Shown: positions 38,718-52,348, counted from the first letter of the stretch. The stretch: DNA of 64,000 bases from Cycas panzhihuaensis (GCA_023213395.1 CM041465.1:65355741-65419740), one strand, 5' to 3'. Notes: generated by a model not told the origin, from the letters alone. Numbers and translations are program-made.

Positions 38718-41700
38718 TGTTTCCATGAATGGACTTCGACACATCGACATTTGTGCGGTATATGCCTTTACTTTGCTTACTTATGATCGTTGCGATGGTG
38801 GGAATGGTTTGATTGACATGTGCCCATATGCACTGTTTGATTGCTTGTTCATTATGCATGTGCCTAACGCACCTTTTAGCCTATGACGACTCACGGCATT
38901 CATCGTAATCAATGCGACACCCGTATGGCGTACAACCACCACGTCTCCATGGTCTTTCGGGATTCTTTTGCCACTGTTTATCGTGTTTTATGTTGCAAAC
39001 CCTTTCTAAGCTGGTTTAACCCTTAGTTAGGTCTTTTTGCCGTTTGAGCACATGCCCATGACTTAAAAGCTCTTGACTAATGTATTTTGAGTTTAATTTA
39101 TGATTTTACCTTAAAACACGATTTCTTACTTTAATTTTCTTTTTGGGTTTCGGTTAAATTAAGCGCATCTGCGGAGTTTCGGTAGGGGCGTCCGCTGTCC
39201 ATGATAAACTTAGCCTAAGTTTATCTTTAAAATTTAAAAGAGAAACCCGATTTTTGTGGCTCTAACAGTTGGGCGCGGGCCCCCAACGTTCACTTGCTTC
39301 ACTCAAGACATAAAAACCATTTTTTATGTCATTGGCATGATTATTCACCTCACTTTTCAACTTTCCTAGAGCATTTTCTTCACAAAGAGACAAAGAACAA
39401 AAAGAGAAGAGACATCCTCCTACGGTGTGGATCGAGTTGTAGGGCCATTCCCCCTCACAGACTCTTCTAAGCACTCTTCCACTTCATACATTCTCAAGGC
39501 TCTCAAGAGGAGATTACACTAAGAAAGACCATCGCAAGGAGCCATTTCAAGCTTTTGACTTGCATGAGGTTCCACTACCTTATTCTCTTGCAAGGGACAT
39601 GCAACAACACCTCATAGGCATTGGTTGGACTTCCAAGGACCTACATGCTCTCATTTCTCATCATTGGAGTATTTGGTGTCCCTTGTTAAGTGCTTTTTGC
39701 TTATTTCTTCATTGCTTACTTGCAAATCTTTTCCTCTCTTTGTGCATGTATTTCCTTGAGTTTCCCTTGATCATTTGATGCAAATAAGCGGTTGTGGCCC
39801 ATTGGAGTGTTGCCCTAGGCTAGGCCTAGTTTCTCACTTACCCCCTAAACCCATCCTTTTCCTCCAACCCTTCTCTTTCGCCATTTCTTGGGCAAGCATA
39901 AAGGGTTACCACGAGGTTAGAGGAGATAGGCGGGTTCCGTCCCCGATCTTGTCCTACTCCCCAAGGGTTCCGTCCCTTATCCTCTTCCCCTTTATCTCCG
40001 CTTTTGTTTAGGAAGCAGGCTAGAGAAGCTTTGGAGTCGGTTTGAATACCCGTCTTGGTATAGGCTATCCGTTGCTACACGACCCTGTTACATGCTAGCA
40101 TCGCTTCCCTTATATCCTGTGGAGACCTCTCGTGGGTGAGTTAGCCATCCCGAGGCTACACTCAATCCGTTGCGTTGGTGGTGTATGTCGATTGCATATG
40201 TGTCGTGTGACTTCGTTTCCTTTCATTGCATGTTGGTGCCTAGTATCTTCTAGCTTAGTTTATTTTACTTGCGACGTATATACATACCTTTTTGTATCTC
40301 GTAGCCTCTCTCTCGAGAGGAAGGTATTACCTTATTTGCGAACAAAGGCGCATAGGGTCGATCGGCGCTTGTTTGATGCGTTCTCCCTTTTGTTTGTGTC
40401 GCTTTGAGCTTTATTATTTTATCGTTTCGGTTTAGTTAGTGTTTATTTGCTTTCGGAGGTAAGTGATCCCCATCACCGCTTGAGGACGGCGGGAGGAAGC
40501 GCAGACACTGCGTCTCACGGATCCAGGTATTCTCCACTCACCCTTCATACTCCTTTTTCTCGCTCTTATGTTTCCTTACGCTTGCTTTGGTAGTTAGAGA
40601 AATATAAGGAAAAGGAAAAGAAATAACTATTTCTTTTGTACTTGCTTTTTGCTCTACATTTGCTTTACGTGCGCTTTCTTTGCTACACCATGCACACTAT
40701 AGTGTCTGAGATTCTTTACCGATCCCCCTTTAGCGCTCTTGCACGTATCTTACTGCGACACGTTTGGTTGGTTACCCCTTGCTTTCTCATTGCCTTGAGA
40801 AGTAGCGTCCTTTTCCCTTCCGGCCATCCGTAGGAGGTCTCGCCAAGCAACCGGGCACCTTGCGGACGTCCGCGAGGTATGATCCTCGTTCTTTAGCCTA
40901 TTAGCCACATGGTTTTGTGTCCTTCCCGCTAGCGTTGGATCATTGCCGTGGAGAGCGTCTCACGCGACCATCGCCAAGAAGGGAGCTAGATCGCTTCCCC
41001 TTCGTGTTGGTGCTCTTGCCTTTAGGTAGGCTCGCATTTTGTGTTTTGAGTTGGGCAACCCCAGCGGGTTTGCGGATTTCCTTCCTTTTCCTTTCCGCTT
41101 TTCCTAACAACGCTCGCGGGCGTTGCATTGTTAGAAGACCAATCGTCGCGTTTCATTCCATCGTCGAGCCGTTTTGGAAGGTTACCCGTCCGATTGGGCC
41201 TACCATGCCATGACGGGAACTCATGAGTTCCCTTCGTCGAATCCACCGTGAGGCGAGGATTCCATCTATTACCCCGATGACCATTTCCACCCCGAAGATT
41301 TTGAGCCTTCCACTCATGCGGAAGACCCGGCTACTCGTGAGACCCGCCACCCCACCGGGCGAGCCTTACGAGGCGCCTGAGGTCCCCTACCGAAGTCCCT
41401 TCGACCTCGTATGGCTATGAGGATACCCCTCCGTACGACGCCGAGGCGCGCGGCGAGTACTCTTTTCGGCGCCAACCGCCTCCTAGATGGTTAACGGAGA
41501 TGCTACGCAACGTGGCGTCTTCCTCATCCATGCCCACGGCATAGGCGAGTGTTGCGGGTCCCACTTCCTCGGGCCGCTCTTTCCCTCAACTTGGGGTTAG
41601 TATGCCTTGCTCAAACCAAACGCACGTGCCCCACCGGAGCGTGGCGCGCGTTCCTAGTCAGGGCCCTCGAGGCTAGCCTTGCCGCCCGACCATGTAGGAC

Positions 41701-44700
41701 CCACTCCTACGTATGTCGAACGGTTGGTGGTCCTTCTCTACGTGCCCCGGTGCTGCAACCTGAAACCACCTCCATGGAGTGGACCCGTTGCACCCATATG
41801 GGGTCGCGCCACCTACGGTGGCCCATATGGGCCCTCACCCCTGTTTCCGACTCCTCGCCTCCTTTCCGAACATCTACCCCCTTCCCACAAGGGTGTTTCC
41901 TCAAGGAGGGATGGGACCCCCCATCCGTTCCTTTCGGTTGTCGATCCCTTAGCCCGAGCAAGGACACGTCCTTTCGTGGACTATAGGTCGAGGCGTTGAG
42001 AACTAACCCTCATCCTCAAGTCCCCAAATTTGATGGGACTTCGTCGCATGTGCTTTCCATGGCGTGCATTGACTATTGGGCCTCGACCACATCTTGATGA
42101 AGCTCTTCCGCGATCCTTGCAGGCGACGCCTCAAGTGGTTTCTACCGGCCCATTCGATCTCCTCATTCCAGTGGACGAGTTCGTCAACTATTTTCGCCCA
42201 TTCGAGAGTCGAATGAAGGCGCTTTGGTCGCTCAAACAAGGTCACGATGAGATGAGCGTGACTTTGTGCGACGCGACCTCCTTCACTCCACCAAGGCCAC
42301 ATTGCACGAGGAGTTGAAGAGGATCTGTCAATGCACCGTCACGAGGTGCACGTGGAAGTCCTCAAGATGGGGGCAACCACGTGTGACTCGCCATCTCGGT
42401 GTTTAGCTTTGGAGGCTATTGAGATCAGCGGGACTCAAGAAACCTCCAAGCCCTCGCAACGTCATGAGCGCCTCCCCAGGAAAGCCGAACCTTGACCACC
42501 TCTCACCCAACCGAGAGGACCCTAGATCCGCTTACCTCGCCATTCGCTCATTCGCGATGAAAGGAGTTAAAACTCCAACCTCCTTCATCACCTACCCCTC
42601 ATAGACCTTCTCAAACAAGGAGGATCGATCCTCCCTTGAGAAGAGGTGGTGTTCCATCCACAGTGTTTCCATGACGATGCGACTCGTCCCCCAGCGAGCA
42701 TCGAGGCCTAATCTCGTCGACCCATTTATAGAGACCGTTCCCCAAACATGGGGCGTGGTCGCGATGTTCGGGATAGGCCCCGATTCTCGCCCTTCGCATG
42801 GTAGAGGGAAGGGTGTGCGAGGTCACCTTCCCTTTGCTCCATCACCTTAGGAAAGAAGGTTGTCCAATTGCTTGAGACCACATATGCCTTAACGTGCCTC
42901 TTCATCCACATCTCACCTTGATCCTCCTCCCAAGCTATTCCTCCCGAGATTCTGCGCTTCCCAAGACTATTCCGTCCGATTCGACTTTAGAAGGAAGGGT
43001 AAACCCTTTTCTATTGTGCTCTGAATGTCCTTGATGGACGTCTTGAGTTCTTCTTGAAGCTCTTGGTCAACAAGGCGCTTCCATCCATCGATAGGTGCTA
43101 CCTCCCATGGACCACTGTCATCTCATTTGATCCTAGAGATCTCCCATCTCCCGAGAAGCTTTGTCATTACCATTGACACTCGATTGTATCGTAAAGAGGA
43201 CCATTGTAGATAATGGCTCCTCGGTTAATGCTATGCCTGCGCGTATGCTCAAGGAGCTAGGCATAGTAGCTCTTAGTCATCCTTGGAAATGCCAAGGGTA
43301 TGATGGGATCGAAGTCCCCTGGGCGATCTCCCTATCCCTCACCTTAGGAGGGTTGTACTCGGCGTCGATGTGGAGTACAACCTCTTGTTCCATGGCTCGA
43401 CCCGGATGGGGCGATCGCTCCCACGCGCAGGGGGGGCATTAAATTTGTCCATGAAGGACAAGTTAAAGTTGTCGCCTGTGAGCAATGCCTTAGTCACACC
43501 TCTCATCCTTTCGATGATGAAGATAGCGATCCCGAGGAGGTTACCCCTTAGTGGGACCTTTGTTTCCTTCATCGGCCAAACCTAGTTAGGTTTGCCCCAT
43601 TGGCGTGGGTGGTTACGCCATGAGTGACTACGATTCGGATAGCGAGGGTTATGGGCCCTCTCCTCGGCGTGTCACCACGGTTTCGCGAGCACCTGGGGAA
43701 TATCTCGATCGGATATTCCGCTCTTCCTCATTCGGTCCTAAACCGACCATTTATCTTACCTCCTCGGCCTCCCGGCGATTTCACGTGGCGCCCGTGAGCC
43801 ACTCATAGAGGCACTTCTTCTTCACGCTCTAGATCCTTACCTCGGACTAGAGCCACTCCTACTGTATGCAACCTTGCCATGCGATCCGTCCGCTCATCCG
43901 GTTCCGACCATAGCAAGTTCTTGGTAGACCTAGCCACCTTGGCCCTACTCTTCGTCACCTATCTCCTACCACTGCGTGTGACTACCCCTACCTTTATGGG
44001 GTCTAGGCACGCCTCTTCCTCTCTTCATGCTCAAAGCGAGCCTAAACTACCATTTTAAATTGTTCCCATTCCTCCCAACCACAATGGCAATTTAAGATGG
44101 ATTCCTTAATGAGCCTAAACTACCACCTTAGATTGTCCCCATTCCTCCTAGCTGCGGGTTGAATGGCAATTTAAGGTGGATTTTCTTCGCCCCATGGAAC
44201 GCGTTCCGTGAGCTCTTGGGAACCTCTGTCTTCTATTTTGGGCACTCCCAAATTAGGTGGAGTATCGTTACTCCCCTTTTCCATGCTTGTCGTTTCCTTT
44301 GCACATTCCGCTATGCTCCCTCGTGGACATGTATGTCGCCCCATCCTCTAACCTCACACCTCTCGATCGCCTCTACTTACGGTGGATGTGTGTGCTCCTG
44401 TTAGACATATGGCCATACATGGAAGGAAACACCTGCATACTTTCAATAAGATATCTACAACAAAAAATCTGCATATCTACACATTTGCATTTCTAAAATA
44501 AACAAATATTTACAGCATATGAACATTTACAACATACGAAAATCATTCATTTACAAAATAAATCATACATGCTACCTCTATCATACATGATACACACCAT
44601 TTCATGTGGAGGCTTGCCCAAGTCTCTAGTCATTGTTAGTTAGATGCGCTTGCCACGGATGCCCTGCTACTTCATATTGCACCTTAGTAGCAGGGCATCC

Positions 44701-47138
44701 CGTCCTTCTTGCTTACCCGGCTCGATGTTTACGTTGTCCTCGTCTCCGTCGCCCTTGTCCACGCTGCTCCGACACTTGCCCGCACCCTTGGACCACGTCT
44801 TTGCTCTTTATTGTTTATATATATATGCATGTGCTACTCATGTTTCTTGGTTGTGATTCGCCATCACATTACGCTCTCAGCGGTGAGGCTCTGTTTCCCA
44901 TTGGGGAATGGACTTCACATCGATTTGTGCGGTATATGCCTTTACTTTGCTTACTTATGATCGTTTGGGAATGGTTTGATTGACATGTGCCCATATGCAC
45001 TGTTTGATTGCTTGTTCATTATGCATGTGCTAACGGCACCTTTTAGCCTATGACGACTCACGGCATTCATCGACACCCCGTATGGCGTACAACCACCTGA
45101 CGTCTCCATGGTCTTTGGGATTCTTTTGCCGGCTGTTTATCGTGTTACCGCTTATGTTGCAAACCCTTTCTAAGCTGGTTTAACCCTTAGTTAGGTCTTT
45201 TTGCCGTTTGAGCACATGCCCATGACTTAAAAGCGCTCTTGACTAATGTATTTTGAGTTTAATTTATGATTTTACCTTAAAACGATTTCTTACTTTAATT
45301 TTCCTTTTGGGTTTCGGTTCGTCTGCATGAAATAATTAATGATCATGAGAGTTTTTACAGGGGGGCATGGCATGTCTGATAAACTTCTAAGTTTATCGCA
45401 AATTTAAAAAGAGAAACCACGGTGGCGCGATTTTTCGCGTGGCTCCTTGGGCGCGGGGCCCCAACATTCACTCGCTTCACTCAAGACATAAACACCATTT
45501 TTTCATTCATTGGCAGGATTATTCACCTCACTTTTCAACTTTCCTAGAGCATTTTCTTCACAAAGAGACAAAGAACAAAAAGCGGGAGAAGAGACATCCT
45601 CCTTGGATCGAGGTACAAAGGTATTGAGTTGTAGGGCCATTCCAGATTCTAAGCACTCTTCCTCTTCATACATTCTCAAGGCTTTCAAGAGGATTTTTCA
45701 CCAAGAAAGACCATCGCATGAGCCATTTCCAAGCTTTTGACTTGCATGAGGTTCCACTACCTTATTCTCTTGCAAGGGACATGCAACAACACCTCATAGG
45801 CATTGGTTGGACCGTTGCACCAAGCTTCCAAGGACCTACATGCTCTCATTTCTCATCATTGAGGTATTTGGTGTCCCTTGTTAAGTGCTTTTTGCTTATT
45901 TCTTCATTGCTTACTTGCAAATCTTTTCCTCTCTTTGTGCATGTATTTCCTTGAGTTTCCCTTGATCATTTGATGCAAATAACAGTAGCGGTTGTGGCCC
46001 ATTGGAGTGTTGCCCTAGGCTAGGCCTAGTTTCTCACTTACCCCTAAACCCATCCTTTTCCTCCAACCCTTCTCTTTCGCCATTTCTTGGGCAAGGCATA
46101 AAGGGTTACACGAGGGTTAGAGGGAGATACCTACTCCCCAAAGGTTCCGTCCCTTATCCTCTCCCCCTTTATCTCCCGCTTTTGTTTAGGAAACAGGGCT
46201 AGAGAAGCTTTGGAGAGTCGGTTTGAATACGTCTTGGTATAGGCTATCCGTTGCTACACGACCCGTACATGCTAGCATCGCTTCCCTTATATCCTGTGGA
46301 GACCTCTCGTGGGTGAGTTAGCCATCCAGAGGCTACACTCAATCCCGTTTGTGCGTTGGTGGTGTATGTCGATTGCATATGTGTCGTGTGACTTCGTTTC
46401 CTTTCATTGCATGTTAGTGCCTAACCGTATCTTCCTAGCTTAGTTTATTTTACTTGCGGCATGTATATACATACCTTTTGTATCTCGTAGCCTCTCTCTC
46501 GAGAGGAAGGTATTCTTATTTGCTTGCGGGGCGTTGAACAAAGGCGCATAGGGTCGACTTCCGCTGCTTGTTTGGTACGTTCTCCCTTTTGTTTGTGTCG
46601 CTTTGAGCTTTATTATTTTATCGTTTGTTTAGTTAGTGTTTATTTGCTTTGGGAGGTAAGTGATCCCCATCACCGCTTGGAGGGAGGAAGCGCAGGACAC
46701 TGCGTCTGATCCGTATTCTCGCTCACCCTTCATACTCCTTTTTCTCGCTCTTACGTTTCCTTACGCTTGCTTTGGTAGTTAGAGAAATATAAGGAAAAGG
46801 AAAGAAATAACTATTTATTTTGTACTTGCTTTTTGCTTTACATTTGCTTTACGTGGCTTTCTTTGCTACACCACACACTATAGTGTGATTCTTTGACCGA
46901 TCCCCTTTAGCCGCTCTTGCACGTATCTTACTGCGACACGTTTGGTTGGTTACCCCTTTGCTTTCTCATTGCCTTGAGAAGTAGCTCCTTTTCCCCTTCC
47001 CGGCCATCCAAGGGTAGGAGGGTCTCGCCAGCAACCGGGCACCTTGCGACGTCCGCGGTATGATCCTCGTTCTTTAGCCTATTAGCCTGGTTTTGTGTCC
47101 TTCCCGCCAGCGTTGGATCATTGCCGTGGAGAGCGTCT
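38718..47138 (+). mobile_element. Young, CpG-rich Tat/Ogre-like Gypsy element with ~2.2-kb LTRs, lacking RT/integrase (element D), nested in element C
   Basis: LTRs 38718-40962 and 44892-47138; TSD-like GAAGC/GAAAC. Internal gag-like PKFDG (~42025) and protease VKRTIVDNGSSVNAMP (43190-43240, Tat/Ogre-like signature); short tandem repeats in the 3' region; no RT motif found. The lineage assignment is tentative. Confidence 0.85.
44038..44183. repeat. Two-copy ~73-bp tandem repeat in the 3' internal region of element D
   Basis: gagcctaaactaccaYYttaRattgtYcccattcctcc...aatggcaatttaagRtggatt occurs twice. Confidence 0.8.
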
Positions 47139-48055
47139 GAAACATCTTTGGCTAAGTAGATTGATTATGTGGTCAGCTGAGAAATAATGTCAATATTGAT
47201 ATCCAGAGAGGGTTTACTGCAACCAACATTTTGTAAGTTGGACATCTACTTCTGACATTTGGGCTGTGCATATGTGTAATTTGTGCACACTTAACAAAAT
47301 TTAATAATCCCTCATATACCAAAAATCATCAAATAATTTGTTCATATATATGCCATACACTATCATATACTGAATTGAGTTAAATAGCTCATCATATAAT
47401 CAAACTAATCAATATATAAATTTATTATGTTGTCATATAGGGTTTGACATTTAATCATAACCCATGTAGTCGTGCCCTAATATAAAGTTGATAATAAAAT
47501 ATAATCACGCCTTTATATTTCTCAAGCATTTCATGTTGCAACAAAGTCTGCCACATACATTTTATACTGTTACTAAAATACCTATTAACATGGTGATATA
47601 AGGCCCGTTTCCTGCTTCATGATATACTAATGGGTTGTCCTCATTCTGGAAATGAATTTCATTATAAGAAACTCGCAAAAGCCTCCAGAATTGTCCATGA
47701 GTGATAGCAAATCCATTAAGGGACATTCATAAAAGCCTTCACTTATGGATTTAATATAATATCAAGTGGACTATCATAAATACTTGCATGCTTCTAAGGT
47801 ATAGGGCCTAACATGCATAAATGAAATATCTCCATAAAATCAACAAATTAATATACCATCAGTATATGCTATATTTGTCCTATATGCAGCTTGATTGGCT
47901 CTATCTGTTCTGTAAACAACCGCACATTTCACTAGCATACACATATACTAGCTTATTATAAAATTCTTCATAAATGGCTCCTGTCATAAGTTTGATAGGC
48001 TTGAATCTTGATTAGTAGGATCTTCAGCTCACCATAGTGGCTTGGATGCAACACT

Positions 48056-48146
48056 ATTCTGATACCATGCTAAAAATAGGCAAGCATAGCTCTGATACCA
48101 TGTTAAAAAGAAGGGTAATAGGATTGCTCTGATACCATGTTAAAAA
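48056..48146 (-). repeat. Array of three [LTR terminus + tRNA-iMet PBS] units with unique spacers
   Basis: Plus strand reads attctgatacca-tgctaaaaa-taggcaagcata-gctctgatacca-tgttaaaaa-gaagggtaataggatt-gctctgatacca-tgttaaaaa. Confidence 0.92.
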
Positions 48147-51100
48147 TATGAAGATGCAATAATATGAACTCATAAGTATAAGATATCAAACATGTAAATC
48201 AAACATTATCAAACATAATCATCACCATAAGACACCAAGATTTATACATGGAAAACCCATTGTGGGAAAAACCACAGGAGAAGGTGGAGTTAGAACTCTT
48301 CTTATGATAGTACATAGTGAGAGTACATGTGTATAGTGATAATCACCTCATGAGTAGCCAATCAAATACAATGAGCCATTACATCATCCAATAGTAGGAT
48401 AATATCGATATATGTGCATCTTACATATCTCAAAATAGGTGAATGGTAGGAAGTACATGTGTACACCATATATACATTAAACATTATGTTTTAATAGACC
48501 TTCCATGTCTAACATTTGGAGTTTGCCCTACAGATTCTTGAATAAAACTAATTGTATGCCAACATGTCCAAATGTGAATTTGGAAAATTTGAATTATAAT
48601 ACCTAATGTACATAATCTCTATCGAAGGTGTCAGAGTTGACCCTGACAAAATCTCTATTATCGCATAATGGCTTATACAAAAAACCTCACTTAATTACAA
48701 GCTTTCCTTGGATTAATTAGATTTTATCATCGCTTTGTCAAAAATTACACTGTTATAGTAACTCTCTTACGTAAAGACTTATTTCAATGATCACCTGGCA
48801 CTGGTGATGCTTTCGACCACCTAAAAACACTCATGTCCTATCCACTGGTCCTCACCACCCTTGATTTCTCATAACCCTTCCAAATAGAATGCGATGCCTT
48901 TGGAGTTGGGATCAGAGCTGTCCTTATATATAGAATTTCTATCCCATCGCATTTGAAATCTAAAAGCTCAAAGACCATGAGTGTTGCCTTTCCACATATC
49001 AAAAGGAAATGCAGGCTATTCTCCATGTAGTGAATAAGTGGCACTGATATCTAATTTGATCCAAGTTCACCATCCTAATTGACCACCATAGCCTTCGATG
49101 CCTACTAGACCAACCAATTTTATCACAAGAACAAGCTAAGTGGGTTGATAAACTTCAAGTTTTTGACTTCTCCATTGCTTATAAAAAAGGTAAGGATAAT
49201 GTGGTTGTAGATTCTCTTTCTCATCTTCCTGTGGATTTAACCATTAAAGCCACCCCCCTTCCCCAACCCTCTTGGCTGGACGATGTTGTGCATGATAACG
49301 GATCCTAGGTTGATTTTTCCACTTAGACTAATAAAGTCCACAATCATAAATATTGGACTCTATATAATAATCACCTACTACATCAAAATCTCACCATTCA
49401 TTTCTCGTATATTAGCCAAATACCATTAATCCCTTCTACGGTCACTTTGGGTTAGATAAAACATACCACTACATTTGATTAGACTTTTACTAGCCCCACA
49501 TGAAGTCCACCATCCTCATGTATATATCAGAATGTGAAATATACCAATGGCATAAGATTAAGACCAAAGCCCAACTCAACCTTCTTCAACTGTTAACAAT
49601 CCCTCAAGGCAAATGATAAAATGTTACCATGGATTTCATTATTAGGCTACCATTATTCATAGGCTATGACTCAATTTGGGTCATCATTGACTGCTTGACT
49701 AAGTATGCTCACTTCTTACAAGTCCATACCGCATATAAAGCCCCCTGATTAGCCAATCTCTACATCTACCATTGTCTTTGACTGTGATCCAAAATTCACA
49801 AGTACATTATGGGAAGAACATTTTGAAACATCTGGCACCTCTTTTAACATGAGCTGATCATATCATCCCCAAACTTATGGACAATCCAAGGTCTTTAATA
49901 GAACATTGGAAACATCCTTGTGATGTTTTGCATAAGATCATTAAAATCATTAGATTTCCTAACTGGCACTAGTAGAATATTAGTATAACTACTCCCATGA
50001 ATCTTCCATTGGAATGGCCCTACTTATGACCCTTTATGGATATCCCCCACTATCACACCACACATTGGCTACTAATCTTCAAACAACCAGAGCACAATAA
50101 ATATTGTAAGATATGGATCAAATTCTACATACTCTTAAGTAAAACCTAGCAATGACTCAAAATTGAATGAAGCAATGTGCTTACTGCCATCAATCTGAGA
50201 GAGTATTTATTGTGGGTGATTTGGTATTCCTTTGCCTCCAACCCTATAAGCAACAATCCCTATGCCATTAGAAATCTCATAAGCTAAGCCCTTGCTACTA
50301 TAGTCCCTACAAAGTTCTCTGAAGAATTGGTGAAGTTGCCTATGTCCTAGACCCTTCGAAGTCTAAAATTCACAATGTCTTTCATGTGTCCTACCTAAAG
50401 AAGTACCTTGAAAAAGTGGATGTCCCTCAAACCACCTTTCCCATCCTCCATAAAAAAAAATCCTTATGTTCCCTCCAATAGGTATTTTAGCTTCTTGTTA
50501 GTGCCATCTTTGGAATAAAACCATTTATGAATACTTAGTACAAGGGGCTAAATGTGACCTTGATAAAGTAACATGGGAGTCAAAGGAATTTATCTAGCAA
50601 CACCCACACTTTCAATGCTTTAGACACTCGACTTTTTAAGGAGGGGACCTATTACATAACATTCTAAGGTTAGCAACACAAGAGCATCTGATCACATGGA
50701 GAAGGTTAAGGCTAAATGTCAATCACATGATTAAAGAAGAGAAGGTTAAAGATAATTATTAATCTATGTGCACTGAATATATACCTCCATTAATGGGATT
50801 GAAGGGCCCATGGGGCCACCAATAGGATTTTAGAGTTAATAACCATTTTTGCCTATATAAGGCCAAACAATTGTAAAATGAATACTTATGTTATCTTATT
50901 ATTGTTTGAGATTATATAAGAGTACATTTCTTTTTGGTGATCATTATGCTTTCTTATTACCATTTGATGTATTTGTGCTTTTGAAATTGCAAAAAAGGTT
51001 CTTTTGAGCTCCTAAAGATTTTCTACGGTGTTCTTGAGTGTAACTCATGGATTTGGAACATTCTGAAGAGAGCTAAGTTACACACTTCTTTTATGGCTTT

Positions 51101-52346
51101 TCTTATCAAGGGATTTTTAACGTATAAATATAATGTTCCATAATGATATACTTTTATGTGTGAATGTGTTATATTGATATGTATATATCTTATTTATTTA
51201 TGCTTAAATGCTTACCTTAAATACTTCTTGAATCATTTTACTTATTGTTTGTCATTTGTTTTGCTTGGTTATATGACATAAGCATTATGGTATATCAAAG
51301 TAAAATTATTTTTTTGCATAGCATTAAAACTTCTACATAAGTATGTGCCAAATTTTCAACATGATATTAGAGTGTAAGTGACATGAATTTGAAGCAAATT
51401 GAAGTAGGATATTGAAGATCATATGTATATAGTGATGATCTTTGCCATTTGAAGATGATCAATGCGTGTGTTGTGCAAGTCATTATTGAGCAAGTATCAA
51501 AACAATATGAGTTGATATCAGTATAGGAAGATAGTTGAGAGATCGATTTGATAAGCCAAGAATCAATATGTTAATGAGATGCGACCACATATTAAAGGTG
51601 TGTTGAAAGCATTGAAGTTTAAATAATGGTGAGATTTGATTGGCACAATTTATAGATATTCTTTATGCATGCAAGATCCTTAGTCCATGAATCATATATA
51701 TTTGAACGAGTCCATAAAGATGTGAAGAAATCTATTGTTGCTTGAAGTTCAATTATGTAGGTTGGCCCTGTACATACATGAGTGAAAGTTACTACATATG
51801 ACACATGTGGCTATAAATGATATGTTCACTTTGGTTCAAACTTGTGGAGATTGTTGTGAGTATCCTAGTGTGGATTCACTACTATATTGAGCCAATTTCC
51901 CTAAGTTTGATTCATTTTCCAAGTCATCATTGAATCATTGATGCATTATGAAGAGGTTAACATGTGTATATGGACGAGAGATAAGGATTTGTTATTGTAT
52001 AAAAAAGTTTATAAAGTAGGTATATGATTGACTAGAGTTTGAAATTTACCATCTTATGCTTGTAATTGCTATCATTGTTAAATTATTCAACAATTTATAT
52101 AAACATAAAGCTTATTGTAAAGATTGTTATTAGGCATTATCATATATTTGTGGCAAAATCTTAGTTATTGGACATCATATATATGCATTATAAGGTACAT
52201 GTTATAGTGATATATTGTGAAGCAAGTTATTATAGTTGAAAATTTTGAGCATATGATATATGGATAATGAGGCACTACTAAGGCCTTATGAGAGGGTACA
52301 TCATGTAGACAAGCTAGAGACTTTTGTAAGTGATATAATCAACTAT

Positions 52347-52348
<2 letters not shown>

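Larger units (their letters stand above)
35614..48496 (-). mobile_element. Non-autonomous Copia-like LTR element (element C) nested in the RT of element B
   Basis: LTRs 35614-36049 and 48101-48496 with terminal inverted repeats TGTTAAAA...TTTTAACA (partly mutated). PBS gctctgatacca lies inside the right LTR boundary and PPT complement ccttccc at 36050, so the element is on the minus strand. The LTR motif caagatttatacatggaaaaccc...gggaaaaaccac resembles Tnt1/Tork-type Copia LTRs. A decayed zinc-knuckle-like CTYx-HMEG..CP lies near 38650-38700; no RT or integrase recognised. TSD imperfect (aacc(t)/gacc(t)). Confidence 0.85.
31662..51066 (+). mobile_element. Ty3/Gypsy chromovirus-type LTR retrotransposon (element B), split by a 12.9-kb nested insertion
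   Basis: LTRs 31662-~32036 and 50650-~51066; PBS TGGTATTAGAGC (tRNA-iMet, one mismatch) at 32038; PPT aaggaggggacc before 50650; flanks share (A)GAGAG. Gag-pol remnants at ~33390-35613 end just after RT FLNDILIYS and resume at 48497-50640 (RT end, RNase H, integrase SYHPQTYGQS). Confidence 0.92.

Noticed and set aside
39262-46709. Many 60-145 aa ORFs as host genes
   Set aside because: They lie in the LTRs or frameshifted interior of element D; only the protease and gag motifs are recognisable.
48056-48146. Repeat-spacer pattern resembling a CRISPR array
   Set aside because: Eukaryotic context, no cas genes, spacers only 12-16 nt, and the repeat is fully explained as LTR terminus plus tRNA-iMet PBS.
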